Source: Azolla caroliniana
Lineage: Eukaryota > Plantae > Polypodiophyta
DNA: 64,000 bases
Assembly: GCA_043228905.1 (NCBI GenBank)
Contig: JBHGNT010000015.1
Location: 17,918,001-17,982,000 of the forward strand
Direction: 5' to 3'
Shown: piece by piece, positions 37,970 to 51,382 of the stretch
Layout of the letters: every line of letters begins with the position of its first letter
Position numbering within the stretch: the stretch's first letter is position 1
Notes under the pieces: generated by a model
Databases searched by the model: none
What the model was told of the DNA's origin: nothing
What the model saw: only the letters and a program-made list of their open reading frames with translations
Program-made: the position numbers and the translations under genes

Positions 37970-38750
37970 TGTCGTGAAGATTTTCGTCCATCGGCGGAAA
38001 CCGGGGTGGAAAGGGCAAGTCGATGGTGTGCAACATGTGCACACGTGTACTAGGAAATGGTGTATAGAAATAAGAGGGGAAAATTTGTCCCAAATTGTAA
38101 GGTCCCTCGCTCCTTGGGCTATAAAAGGAAGGGAGGGGTCACTTATGAAGGGTTGCCCATTTTGAGTTAGGAGGGTATACCACTTAGGTCGAAGGTGTAT
38201 TAGTTCTTCTTCTTCTTACTTTAGAGTTCTTTGATGTCTTCTTCTTCGTGTCTGTTTTAGGGTTTTAGCCCGGTGAAGAGCTTGTATGTTCTCTGGGGGT
38301 TTACTTCTACTCGGCCTCCTGTGCAAGACCCCGCTCGGCGCAACGAGCCCGAGAGCTCCCCGACGGCGGCTTGGTGGCAGGCTGTTGTTGTGACCTAGCC
38401 TACCTCAGTCCGGCTCGGAGCCGGAGTTGTATCTTTCTCTTGTATATACATACATACATACATATATATATATATAGTGAAGTTCTATGCATTTGTGTCT
38501 TTGTCGGTGTCTTTAGAGTTCCTTCTTTCTGGTTTCTGTACATAGGATGCGTGTGCCTAGTAAGTGTTGTGTGCGCACCCTTTTCCCCCTCCCATACGGT
38601 TGCTCCCTGTACGTATCCGGAAACGCTCTGGTTGGTGTCTTGGTCGGTCGCGGGAAGAAGTGAGGCTCGACCTTCCATACTCCGTCTCTCTCTCGTATGA
38701 GACCCCCGTGGTCCCGCCCCTTCTACACGCACGCGCTTAACAACGCGACA
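37970..38750 (+). mobile_element. Solo LTR of the Trp-primed gypsy lineage (781 bp)
   Basis: TGTCGTGAAG...CGCGACA with a perfect 4-bp TSD ACGT (37966-37969 and 38751-38754). Confidence 0.92.
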
Positions 38751-38754
38751 ACGT

Positions 38755-39728
38755 TATTACTTCGGGTCAGACCATGTGAAGATCGGTCGAACCCTATTCT
38801 CTTAGGGACTATACTCTAATCTGACTATTGTTAATCTATCATTGTGATCCCTATAACATGCCACCATTCCTACCACAATCTTTCGTGAAGGCTACTTAGT
38901 GATTGAGTATCCAACCTATGCTCCTAGGGATTATGAACACAAATTTGGCGACCACATGGTTCTGCACTAAGCAGTGAACGAAGGAGGAAGGATTTCGTCG
39001 AGATAGATTGACGACACAGAAAGTGAACGAGTCAAGAGAGCACGGAGGAGGAACTTCGACAAGCGGTGGAGGAATCCAATGTGACAATAGCGAAGCTCTA
39101 GACGGTTTCAACCACAAAAATCGAAGAACTCGAATGCTAGCTTCGAGAGGCCACACCTTAGGCACCCCTTGTTACCATTACAGCCAACGCCCCAAACCCA
39201 GAACCTCAACTCATCCTCACACAGGCCAATGCCCCTCTCATAATCACGATGCAGAACGACGTCCTCCGCCAAGAAACACCCCTCACACCACCATGGCACC
39301 GCCCCCGCCCGATAACCTCGTAGAAGAATTGGAAGCATAGACGGCGATTGCAGAGAAGGCCAAACAATGGCAACAGGAGGCCCTAGTCGAATTCGACCAA
39401 CTCTGCGAAACCCTCTAGCAATCGAAGAAAAGAGAAATCAAACTACAAAAGCAGCTTGAAATGACTTTAAAAGTGAAGACAAAGAAATACAACCAAGAGC
39501 TTTGCGCACAAGAGGAGCAGGTGGCAGAAGCCCTTTGGGCAAAAGAGGAACAAGCGGCAAAAGCCCTTCGGGAAAAAGAAGAGCATGCAACAACGACCAT
39601 TCGGGCACATGCGGACCAAGTGGCAAAAGTCATTCAGGGAAAGGAAGAGGAATTTAAACAAATGCTTAAAGCTACGAAAGATGACCTTAACCAAGACCTC
39701 CGAGAGGAATAGGCTCAGTACAAGAAAT
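38755..39728 (+). mobile_element. Probable 5' fragment of another LTR element (tRNA-Arg-like PBS followed by a broken coiled-coil ORF)
   Basis: TGGCGACCACA at 38946-38956 follows ...GAACAC. The downstream E/K/Q-rich reading frame at about 39290-39720 has TAG stops. Confidence 0.45.
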
Positions 39729-41770
39729 TGTAGTAGTGTTATGTACACATAACGTAGGTGAGGGTAGGTCACTAATGTTAAAAAGGGGACTAATGTGATT
39801 GTATAGAAGGAATGATAGGTGCATGCACTATCATGATTTGGACAACCAATAAATGGAGAGCCTTTTAAAAAGGCCATCATTCAAGGGGCCCAGGAAGAGG
39901 TATAAATATGAGGCTTAGCTACCCTCATAAGGACATTACGTTGGAAGGCTATTGTCTTAGACACCAAATGGTGCGGGCAAGGCTTTCGTCTCAATGATTG
40001 TGTTATCTCTCCCAAGGTATTAGTCATCCTAATATCCAGCGGTATGGGACGTCGGTGATAGGTTGGCTATGTCTAGATCATAGCTCGGGGGTGGTCAGGT
40101 GGAGCAAGTTCTTCTATCCAATCTATTTTCTTTTTACTTTATTTTGGTCTATTGATTAGTAATAGACTCTTAACAGTGGTATCAGAGCATTTACTAACAA
40201 TTGTTTTTTGTTGTTTTGATGTTTTTTGCGTGTGAGCGATGGGGATCTGACAAGGTTCATCATGCTCTTCTCAGGATCAAAACAACATTCTAAACCAGGT
40301 ATTCTTCTTTCTCTATCTCTCTTCCTTTCTATGATGCATTATTCTTGGTCACATGGAAATTGTATTACGTTTTCTTTTCTTTTCTTTCTTCTTTCTACGA
40401 TGATATGATTTACAATCTTATTGTGCATCGGGTCAAGTGTGTTTGCATTAATCGCATGTGCTCAACTCATGGCCATTTTGCATATTGCGATGTATATCCC
40501 ACTCTCCCCTCTCTTGAGCCGTCTCTTACAATAATAATTATTCTTTTGCATCAGGTCAAGCGTGTTTGCCATAATCGCACACACTCACCTCATGGCCCTT
40601 TTGCATATGATGTTGAGTATGCCACTCTTCCCTTTATTGAGCCATCACATGGCCAATTCTATGGGATGTTGTGGCCTTGACGAGGTATATATCGTTTACC
40701 TATGCCACTCTACTCTCTATTGAGCCATTACTTGGCTGATTCTATGGGATGTGGTGGTCGTGAGGAGGTACATGTCGACTACCCTAGGGTTTCTTACCTT
40801 ATGGCATGTTTAATGTTTCATACATCTAATGGATTATTATTCAAATTATTTTCTAATTACACAAATTGTATTTTCACTTTCTGATGATTTTCTTGTAATT
40901 GTCATTTACCCACCCACAATTAACTCCCTTTCGTACCCTTATTTTAAGTTCATCTACACTATTTACGTACATTTAATGGTGTAATGATTCATGTAGACTA
41001 TTTTTTCATATTGAGTGGGCATCATACCTCTTTTTGAACATTTTTTCCAAAGTGTTCTCTAGGTTTAACTCATGTAATCGAGCCTTAGAACTCGATTAAA
41101 AACACATGAGTTCCCCCATTGATGTTTTACTCATAAATTTGAGTACTACATCTTTGCACACAACACCACCACCATTTGTATCAATTTGTGGCTTATGTCA
41201 CAATTGTGCAAATTACAACCACCATATTGGGATGTATATGTGCATACCTCGCACCATCCATTTATTTGTGACTTTTCTTTTAGTAGGTAGCACATGAGTT
41301 TTTTTACCCTTGTTTTCGTCACTACTTGACTCTTGTGGGTGGTGCCCTATTTTATCGTTTTTGTCATAAAATTTGCTTGTTACTCGCAAGACTAGAATAT
41401 TACTTGCGAGTGCACTTGTTTTTTCACATAATACACTTTCTTGACCATATCAATACATGTTGGGTTGGCGTTTTAATATAAGGCTAACTAGGAAATTACG
41501 TTGATGCTAGAATCATGGTTGAGCCTCGGGGAACCGCGATGATTATTCAAGATAGAGATCCGAGAAAGACATCTTAGCTATGTTTTCCCCCATGGTTTTT
41601 AAAACACCATAGTGTTACCATAGTTATTGGATCTCTAATCACATCTCATATGTCTATAGGGTAAAGACGTGAGATGCTTTCTTGGATAAAGTTCTTGAAA
41701 TCAAAATTTCAAGCATTCATTTTGCTTGTGTATTTTCTAAAACTCCTTATTTATATTGCGTACACAACGC

Positions 41771-41965
41771 TGTCGTGAAAATCCATCACTATGTGTGGAT
41801 CGTGAGGTGGAACCGTCGGGGTTTTGGACCGGAAGGATTTGAAGTTTGTACTAGGTTTAGCAAGAAAGTATTTAAGATAGATTGAGATTAAGATTAAACA
41901 CTAAACCTTAGATTTGAGAGACAAGATACATCAACAATAGGATAACAAGTTTCTTATTTTTCCCA
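41771..41965 (-). repeat. Truncated LTR fragment of the B subfamily inside the H leader
   Basis: Collinear with the start of the 9403 LTR. Left flank ACGC. Confidence 0.8.
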
Positions 41966-42145
41966 AATTTTTCATTCACATAACTTGACATTTAGTTGTC
42001 CGTTTCAAATGTAGTAAAGTACATTCGGAAGCTCTTAAAGATCTCCATCTTCCCGTACCAAGATATTAAGCTAATCTAAAATAGTATCTTCACTATTATT
42101 GTTTCATGTCTTGTGTGAAGAACCACACTCGATTTTGTACATTCC

Positions 42146-44440
42146 ATGCAATTTTCACACCATTGCCGAAAATCTTCACGACACCGCTTGCATCATGAAA
42201 CAAGTTTTGAACACTGTTGGAGCGATATCTCCGATCGAGATCTCTCAACTCCAATCGGCTTTCGCAAACAAGTTGAGATCATTATTGAGCAAGTGCTCAC
42301 TACTACCTTGAATCAATTGGCCGAAATGAGGCAAGCCAATATGGCTTTGGAAAAGAAATTCCAAGAATTGACTATTGATTCCAAGAAAGAAGGTGAACCT
42401 TCTTTCATAGTCATGCCATTCAAGGGAGATAAGAAAGAAAGAACCAAGGAGGCCATTAGCACTTGGCTTGGTCGTTGGGAGTCTCACGTTGAGCTCCATC
42501 CTAAGCCCGATGCTGTAAAAATTGGTTATATCGGTCGTGACTTAGGTGGTCGAGTTGCTGCTTGGTGGCACGGCCTACGGACTACAAAGAACTTACCCAC
42601 AACTTGGGAAGGTTTCGCTGATGTTTTTAAGAAACAATTCTTGCATCCACCTTCTCAAACCGAACAAGCGCAACACTTGCTCACGTTGTTGAGTAAGCCA
42701 TTTACCTCTCTCGAGGATTATGTGCATCGTTCTCGGACCCACATCCAAAAATCGGAACTTACGGGTGAGAAATGCTTTGTCACTTGTTTTTTTAATTGTA
42801 TTCTCAATGGGGATTACCATTGGATTGTCCATGACAAGGACCCCACAACTTTCGAGGACGTTGTCAACATTGTACTTTGGTACCATAGGACTTCTAAGAA
42901 AGACCACAATAAACCTGAGTTCGTCGAAACTCCGAATGTGAAGTCCGTTGGGAAACGTAAGCAATCTAGTGATACTCTTGACCACGACTCAAAGAAACTA
43001 AAGCTCTTCTGTGCATATTGCAAGAAGCGGGGCCACACAAAGGATACATGTCGTCGTCTTGAGAGGAAGTCAATGAACACCCTTACTCAAGAAAAATCTA
43101 CGAGCCACATAAGTGAGTGTTTTGATGTTATTGAAGGTCATACCAACCACTTAAGTTCATGTGAATGCACTTATCCTTCACATTTACTTGGACCTAATGA
43201 TTTACTCTGAGCAGTCAAGTATATCAATGGAACACACGCACATTTCTTGTTTGATTCCAGTAGTTCTCACAATTTTCTTAATGATCACTTGGTGCAGCAA
43301 ATGGAGGCGTTCAATACATACATGCAAGTGATCATATCTATCAAGTTCACATGGCAAATGGAGGCGTTCAATACATCAGTGACATTGTTTGTCAACTGCC
43401 AATTCAAATTGATACCTATATGGAGAAGCTTGACTTTCATGTTATGAAACTATAATCCGCAGATGTTATTTTAGGATACCCATGGTTTTTTAATAAAACC
43501 CTTCTTTGTCCATTGATTGGGTTAATCACTCAATCACATTTGAACTGAATAATAGTAAACATTTTATTCAATGTTCCAAACTTCAGTTCTCGTTCACTTG
43601 TGTCTTATAAATCTTTAAGTGAGTATTCTAGTTCATCAATTTATTCATGTGTAATTGATTCAACGCTTCAATTTTATTATTTTAATCTTGATCCCATGCA
43701 ATTACCAAATTATGAATGACAATTACTCAACTCTATTTTAGATGATTTTCAAGACATGTTTCCTAACGAATTTCCATTTACTTTACCACCACAACGTAAT
43801 GTGGAGTCTGGACCATTAGATTGAACTCATTCCTGTTGTTGCTCCTGTGAGCATTCCACCTTATCGACTTGGTTGATTAGAAGAGGATGAGATCGCCGAA
43901 CAAATTAAGGAATACTTGAGTATGGGCCACATTAGGTATAGTAAATCACCTTGGGGTGCACCAGTTCTTTTAGTTAAGAAGAAGGAAGGTTCATAGCGAA
44001 TGTGTATTAACTATCACAACTTGAATAAACTGACAATTAAAAATGCATATTCATTACCTCGTGGCGATGATTTGATTGATCGTTTGCATGGGACCCGATA
44101 TTTTATGAAATTTGACTTACGAACAGGTTATCATCATATTCGCATTGCCGAGGATGATATTCCTAAAACCACTTTTCGTACGCGCTATGGCCATTATGAG
44201 TTTTTAGTCATGCCTTTCGGGTTGACTAATGCTCTAGCCACATTCCACCAAGCGATGAATGACGTTTTCCAATATCAACTCGGTGATTTTGTTGTCTTCT
44301 TGCATGATATTCTCATATATAGTTGTACCTTGCAAGATCATGTTCAACATGTTCGATTTGTTTTGCAAAAGTTGTGTGACAACTCTTTCTCTGCAAAACA
44401 TTCAAAATGTGATTTTTTCCAAAAATCTATTGTGTACCTA
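42146..44440 (+). pseudogene. gag-pol: H gag-protease-RT, disrupted
   Basis: ORFs 42146..43210, 43247..43447 and 44000..44518. Confidence 0.85.
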
Positions 44441-45400
44441 GGCATTCATCTCCAATATCCTTCGGCAACCTTCAAAAGTGTGACAAATAAGTCTTCTTTT
44501 GATCCATGTCATCTTTAATTAAGCACATGTACCTTTCTCATTATTGAAGCGCTTTTTGTCAAAGGTGCATAGCTTTAGATCTTTCCAATGCTTGACTTCC
44601 TCGATGTTCTTTTAATAATTCTTATAACTCTTTATTTAGTCATATGTTCTTCCACTATTCACCATGCTCTTTAAACTTGCACATACAAAACAAACACCCA
44701 TTCAGACCTTACGTGGTTTGACCACATTGTTAAACTTCAATCTCCATAATCGATTAAAATGCCGATATTGTATGTATGGTACACTTTCTAATAACAAGTC
44801 ATCCTTATATGCTTGGTATATCTCACCACGAGTGAAGTTATCTAACAAATATAATCTTCCAATAGTGGGCATAATATCACATTGCTTTGAGAAATATATC
44901 TCCATCCACCTAACGGCATGATGCCCAATTAGACCCTTACATCCAGATTCTTTATTGTTGAACGGTACCCATGAACCCTTTACTATTCAATGTTGAATTC
45001 TCTGGGGCCTCATGTTACCAATGTTATAAGAAATTTTGAAAGCAACTCGACAACTCTTTATACTAAGTGAAAGGTAATATTTGGTATGCATTGAACTTGG
45101 CCTTGTTGTATGGTCCTTAACAAGTTGCATATGTGAAATCATAAAAGTATCTTGTTCATTGCCATTAACTGACAAATACTTATGTCGCATTCCCCTCTAG
45201 TTTGCCTTTCCAAATTTTGAAAGACAAAGATTCCCACAACATAGCTTGCTTGTATCAAATGCAATTTGATGATCTAAACACAAAAAATTATATCTTTTAA
45301 CACTCACTTGCCATGGATTCTTCGAAATTTGAGAGGCTGATTTACACAATCCTCATCATTAGATTAATCAACCCCTTCACTATTTCCAACTACTTTACTT
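44441..45400 (-). pseudogene. DDE DNA-transposase relic, Sola-like
   Basis: Manual translation gives CCGNLCL...RHKY...QDTF...CRVAFKISYNIG, YFSKQCDIMP, FNRLW, GVCFVC, EHRGSQALER and YMCLIKDDMDQKKTYLSHF. This order resembles the N-terminal half of Sola-type transposases. Confidence 0.55.
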
Positions 45401-45698
45401 TTTTGAAGATCACCTAAGTTAAAAGGCTTGGTCGAAAAAAGGGAGTTTGAACTTTGCCCAATATCACCATTGGCCTCTTCACGTTGTCGTGTTATTCTGC
45501 ATGCGAAGGAGAAACCAAGGCGGGACCGTGGGGGCCCTGAACTGGGGAATAACCGAACAGAGGGAGGAGCGACACGAAACCACGACCAAACCGCGCACAC
45601 AAATACACAGAGAACTCACAATGAAGATCGAACAACGAATAAGGCAAATATATAGTTATGATCAAGATTGCAACCGGCTAACCGGTAAGCGTCAACGT

Positions 45699-46745
45699 TG
45701 TCGTGAAGATTCCGGGCCATGGTGAGAAACCGAGGAATATCGGAAGAATCGGCGGAGTGCATCATGTGCACTTACCATTGTAAAAACGTATGAATAATAG
45801 GGGTGCCTTTATGGCGCCGAGTAGGAGTCAAGTCGGGACAGAGAATCCCATGTAAATCAGGATTTATCCCACATTGTAATGCATCCCTCTCCTTGTTGTA
45901 TAAAAGGAAGAGAGGGTCCCTTGTAGAGGGGTTGCCCCGGTATATCGTTAGATTTAGGGTTTGGTAGTGTTCTTCCTCTTCATCTTATTCTTAGGGTTTC
46001 TACTTTGGTCTTCCTCCCTATTTCGTTTAGGGTTTCATTTTGGGTTTTCTTCTTCTTTGTCTTATGGGTTGGATTCCTTCTTCTTGAGTGGAGGTTTAGT
46101 ACTTCGTCTCGTTCTTCATCTTGTGAGAGATAATGGGGGATTTAGGGTTTCGGGTTTCTTATGTGATCTAGGTTTCATAAGCTTGGGGTTTTGGGTTTAC
46201 CTTCGTCTTGGTCAAGTGGGTGTTTTGGTTTGGGGTTTCTACAACAACGGCTCTTCGGTATTCCGGTGGCGGCACTTGGAGGTTTGGTTTCCTCTCCTCG
46301 ATGGAGAGTGTTTCGCATGGCGGCTGGTTCAAGAAGGGAGGGCGAAGTGGCACATGAACACTCCATCGTCTTCGGGGCATGACCAACGATGGACGTCGCG
46401 GTCCTGGCAGCCCACTTGACTCACCTTCACCAGTCCCCCATTCTTATCTTGATGTATTAGCCGATTGTTTGTGATAGCCACCGGATTCGGGGCATGTAAT
46501 TGTCTTGTTGTAAATTCTTGTAATATATATTCATGTTGGTGTATATCGATCTTCCTTGTAACATATTTGAGTCGGGTCCATATTTGCGGTGAACCGTCTT
46601 TTTGTGAAAACCTACATTCATTGGAGCCAAAAGCCGATTCCGGACTGAAGCCTACAAAGCTTAAGGACTCCACCATCCATCTCCTAGTCCAAGACCCCCG
46701 CAGTTCCGCCTAAGATCCTACACGTACCCGCGGAATACCGCGACA
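45699..46745 (+). mobile_element. Solo LTR of the Trp-primed gypsy lineage (1047 bp), nested in the 3' LTR of J
   Basis: TGTCGTGAAG...CGCGACA with a perfect TSD ACGT (45695-45698 and 46746-46749). Confidence 0.92.
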
Positions 46746-47889
46746 ACGTGCAGACACCAAATCACACAACGCTCACGAACAACGCGAGATGGAGCCTCTG
46801 CCGGAAGCACTCGGGCTTTCCACAAAGCAGAGGTAGCCTCCCAAAACCTGTAGAGAACGATGAAAGACAAAGGAGAAGAGCTCGGTCCCAGTCTGACAGC
46901 ACTTCGTCCTCCACAACGCGATTCCCACTCAGTCCCCTTTCCTCTCTTTTTATAGCCCAAGGAGAGAGAGACATTACAGTCTGTTACATCACTTTTATTC
47001 TCTGTCCCTTTGGATAGAGATCCTCCTCGATTCCCTACCTAATGCATACGCACTACCTAGGATATTCACATCGCCGACTTGTACCTAACTATGTACAATG
47101 CATCAAAACATGTGCCCGTGTGTAAGGGCCGGGTCACGCACACTATTCACCGATTCCTCTTAGGGACGGTTTTCTCCACGACATCCGCCCCCACCTAACC
47201 GCACATCCACCGGTATGCGCCAGAATAGACCTTTGCCGGAGAAGTCCGGCCCGCGCTTATCTTTCGTTCTTCGGATCAACATCTATTTCGAACCGGTCGT
47301 CGTCACTATCCATGTCCTCTGGGTCCAGTTCGTCCTTGTGCCGCATCTTGAACGCCTTGATCCTCTTCCCGGCCAATGGCACAGCTATTCTCGTTCCGTG
47401 GAGCTCCGCGAGATGGTAGGTATTATAGATCTAAGTACTAAAGTAAGCTTAAGATAAGGATAAAGAAATGAAAGATAGAAAGGAGAAAGAGAAAGAAGGG
47501 TGCCGATCCACCCGACCACCCCCGAGCGAAGGGATCGAGACGGACTCGAGCCTCGATCGGCGTCCCATACCACCGCCGTGGCGTCGAGTCGTACCTGGTG
47601 CTGGCGCGGTCGCTACAAGAGTTGACCCACCACACGAGCAGAGTCTCGATGTACCTCACAATTCTATGACCTCACAATTCTATGTTATATCGAGCGATTA
47701 TGTCTTAGAATTGTGAGGTCAAGTTCACACTTGACCTAATGGATTGTCTCAATCCCGAGGATTAAAAGTAATCCTCCCCTTCTTTACACTCTCGTTTAAC
47801 CCTCACACCTATCCACGTGTATAGAATACTACGGTAAATTCTTACCACGGGATATTATATGGTCATGCCCGTAACATACTCCCCTTCTT

Positions 47890-50768
47890 TAAAACATTGC
47901 ACTCTTGCAATGGAAAGTTAGGGAAGTTAGTTCTAAGAGTATTTTCGCATTCCCATGTGGCATCTTTTATTGATTTATCCATCCATTTTATTTTAAATTC
48001 TCGGATTTCTTTAGTACGTAATTTTTTTGTTTTAACATGGAGAATTCATTCTGGTACATGTGGTTTAGAAGATAATTCTTCAGAAGTAACCAGAGTTTCA
48101 GTCGTAACTGTATTGTCGCCAGAACCTAGAAGTTCTTTTAGACGACTCACATGAAAGACTGGATGAATTCCGACACCATCGGGAAGAGCGAGACGATAGG
48201 CTAATGACCCAATGCGTTTGAGGACTGTAAAAGGTCCACAAAACCGTGGGGCTAACTTAGCGCACTTACTCGTAGACAATGTCTTAGAATTGTGAGGTAC
48301 ACATAAAAATACCATAATCGCTTGCATCGGTTTCAACCTCAAAAGGTTTTGAAGGATCAGGTAAAAGAAGTGAAGGAGCCTTGCAAACCAGGTCCTTGAG
48401 TTCGTTAAAGGCAAGGTCTAGTGTAGCATTCCACACAATAGGTTTTGTAGACTTACGCGTTTGACCTTTTAAAAGATCAGTAAACGGCGTCGTCAATTGG
48501 GAGTAATTACGAATCGACTTTCGCAAAAACCCCACAAAACCAAGGAATGATCGAACTTCTTGAATATTCCGAAGAGTGGGCCAAAGCTTGATTTTCTCAA
48601 TGCGAGAAGGATCAATTTCAACTCCTCGTTCGGTTATGAGATGTTCTAGATAAGTAATTGATTTCTTGAAGAACTCACATTTTGAGATCTTCGCATAAAA
48701 CTTTTTGTCACGCAATGTTTGTAAAACAAAGCGGACATGTCTAGCATGTTCTTGTAATGTACGGCTATAAACTAAAATATCATCCAAGAAAATAACGACA
48801 AATTTTCCAAGTTGTTCTCGGAAAATGTCATTCATTTCTTGTTGAAAAGTAGTCGGAGCATTGGTCAAACCAAAAGGCATAACCAAAAACTCGTAATGGC
48901 CATAGCGCGTACAAAATGCCGTTTTAGGAACATCATCCTCACTTATTCGTATTTGATGGTAGCCAGTATGGAGATCAAGTTTCGTAAAATACCGAGCTCC
49001 CTGGAGACGGTCAATTAGATCGTCAGCCCGGGGCAATGGATACGAATTCTTGATCGTCACTTTATTCAAGCGTCAGTAATTAATACACATACGCCATGTG
49101 CCCTCTTTCTTTTTAACCAAGAGAACTGGTGCACCCCATGGAGATTTACTATAACGTATCTAACCCATTCGTAAATAGTCCTTGAGTTGCTTAGATACCT
49201 CATCTTCTTCGGATCGACTTAAGCGATACGGAGGTATACTTATTGGTGCAACACCAGGTACAATATCTATACGATGGTCTATATTACGTTTAGGAGGTAA
49301 CCCATCAGGTAGTTCACTTTGAAAAACATCATGAAAATCATTTAAGATTTCATCAAGTTGTTGTTGTTCAAAATATGTTAATTGAATCGGGACATTATCG
49401 ATATTGTAAACGTGAATGTCCGGATCAAGTACACAATAAAATAACGTAGAACAAGACAACTTGGATATTGATGGACACGAGGAAACAATCGAGAGGGATT
49501 GTTTTTTTACACATTGAATAAAATGCGTACAATCGTTCAGTACAAAAGAAATGGAATGACGAACCCAATCAATAGATAAAGAAGAGTTTTTATTATAAAA
49601 CCAGGGATAACCCAGTATTACATCGGTGGTACAAAGATTCATTACATGGAAGTCTACTTCCTCTATATAAGTATCAATAGAAATTCCTAATGTATGAATC
49701 GCCCCGTTGATGTATTGTACTCTTCCATCAGCCAAGTGCACCGTGTAGGTGTGATCACTTACGGTGGGTTGGATTCCCCATATCTGAACCAAACGATCAT
49801 TCACAAAATTGTGTGAGCTTCCCGAATCAAATAAAAATTGTACGGGAGATCCATTGATATACCCGTTTGCACGTAGTAAATCATTGGGACCCAATACATA
49901 GTGAGGGAAAGAACATTGACAATTACTTAAATGATGTGTATAGACTTGAAGGACATTAGGAATCTGACCTTTATGGTCTGCAGCTTTAGCTTTGTTGTCG
50001 TGCGTTGGAGCTTTCGACATTGATCTTTTGTATGACCCTTCTTTTTGCAGAATACACAAAAAGGATGTTGTCGCTTACAATCGCGATCCAGGAATTCGTT
50101 GGGTGTCTTGCGTTTCCCAACAAATTGCGACTGCTTAGTCCCGGGCGCTTCGTTGGGTTTGTTATGGTCCTTCTTCGAAGTGCGTTGATAGCGAAGAACT
50201 ATTTCAACGGCCTCTTCGAAGGATTTTGGATCCTTATCGTGCACTATCCAGTGATAGTCCGAATTGGGGATGCCATTGACAAAACAAGCTATCAACCAAT
50301 TGTCCCCTTCTAGACCCGATTTTTGGATTTGGGTTCTAGCTTGGTGAACATAGTCTTCTAGCGAGGAAAATTTCCTGCTAGAGAGGTTCATTAAAGCTTG
50401 TGCTGCCTCGGTTCGAGAGGGAGGTTGCAGAAATTGGCCCTTAAAAACCGTGACAAAATCTGTCCAGGTATCGGGCAATTTCCCCATAGTACGGAGGCCA
50501 CGCCACCAGGCGGCGGCCTTACCCCCGAGTTCTCGGCTGACGTATGCAATCTTCGTACTATCTGGCGTGGGATAGAGCTCAAAATGAGACTCCCATCATC
50601 CCAGCCATGTGCAGATTGCTTCTTCGGTTCTTTCCTTTTTGTCTCCGGTAAATGGCTTAACGACAAATGATGGTTCACCTTGTCGCTCATCAGGTCTATT
50701 AGTCTCACGTTGTAGACTAATGACACGTGCCTCAAGAGCACTCTGAGATATGCGAGGCAATTGATCAT
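47890..50768 (-). pseudogene. gag-pol: I gag-pol (gag, PR, RT, integrase tail plus chromodomain)
   Basis: [45 protein letters not shown] and HPVFHVSRLK. Confidence 0.9.
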
Positions 50769-51382
50769 ATATGTTTTTTTAAAAGAACATATATGTCAAG
50801 GGTCCTTATTTCGTCCTCATTTACCAAAACTATGTTGGTACGTTACCTAACCTCAAGTCTCGTAATTACGATGGCATACGCCAAAGTGCAACCTAATGGT
50901 CAAGCCAAATGAGCCCTCGTTTCGTAGTAGGCTCACGTGGGCCATCACATGGTCACGTCATTACGAATGCCTCTCGTAAGAACGAGCTCATGGTGGCATC
51001 GTATCCATGTAACGAGGGAGGAATGTTGGATACGTGCGTCATTGGAGCGACCTCACTTGAAGTGGGTCAAGCCCTACGTACTCAACATCATTTTGGCTAT
51101 TGGCGTTTCTTTATGTAACGAAATCGAGGTCGTCAACGGGGTTATCAACAATAATAAAAAATGTTGAAAAAGGGATGGTGACAACACCATTCTCACAAAA
51201 ACGTGAGGACGGCCACCAACATCCTTTTCCCGACAAGGACAACTTTCGATATAATCACGTAATAACGAATATACACATATGTTTACTTATCACATATATA
51301 CGATCAAATACGTATATATGTGACCACATATGCCTATATTAAACATATCGTTATATTAAATAGCCACAAATGATGTGATCGA

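Larger units (their letters stand above)
39729..44440 (+). mobile_element. Chromovirus-type gypsy element H, 3'-truncated (5' LTR about 39729-40175, PBS-Met, long leader, gag, PR, RT)
   Basis: TTAACA-G-TGGTATCAGAGC at 40170-40188. Gag homologous to element I, CAYCKKRGHTKDTC, FDSSSSHNF, and [18 protein letters not shown]. Confidence 0.85.

Noticed and set aside
40880-40900. Other CTGATGA strings (here and near 50690 on the minus strand) as additional hammerheads
   Set aside because: No stem II followed by GAAA was found.
45950-46155. Several TTAGGGTTT motifs suggesting telomeric repeats
   Set aside because: They are dispersed single telo-box-like motifs within a solo LTR, not a tandem array.
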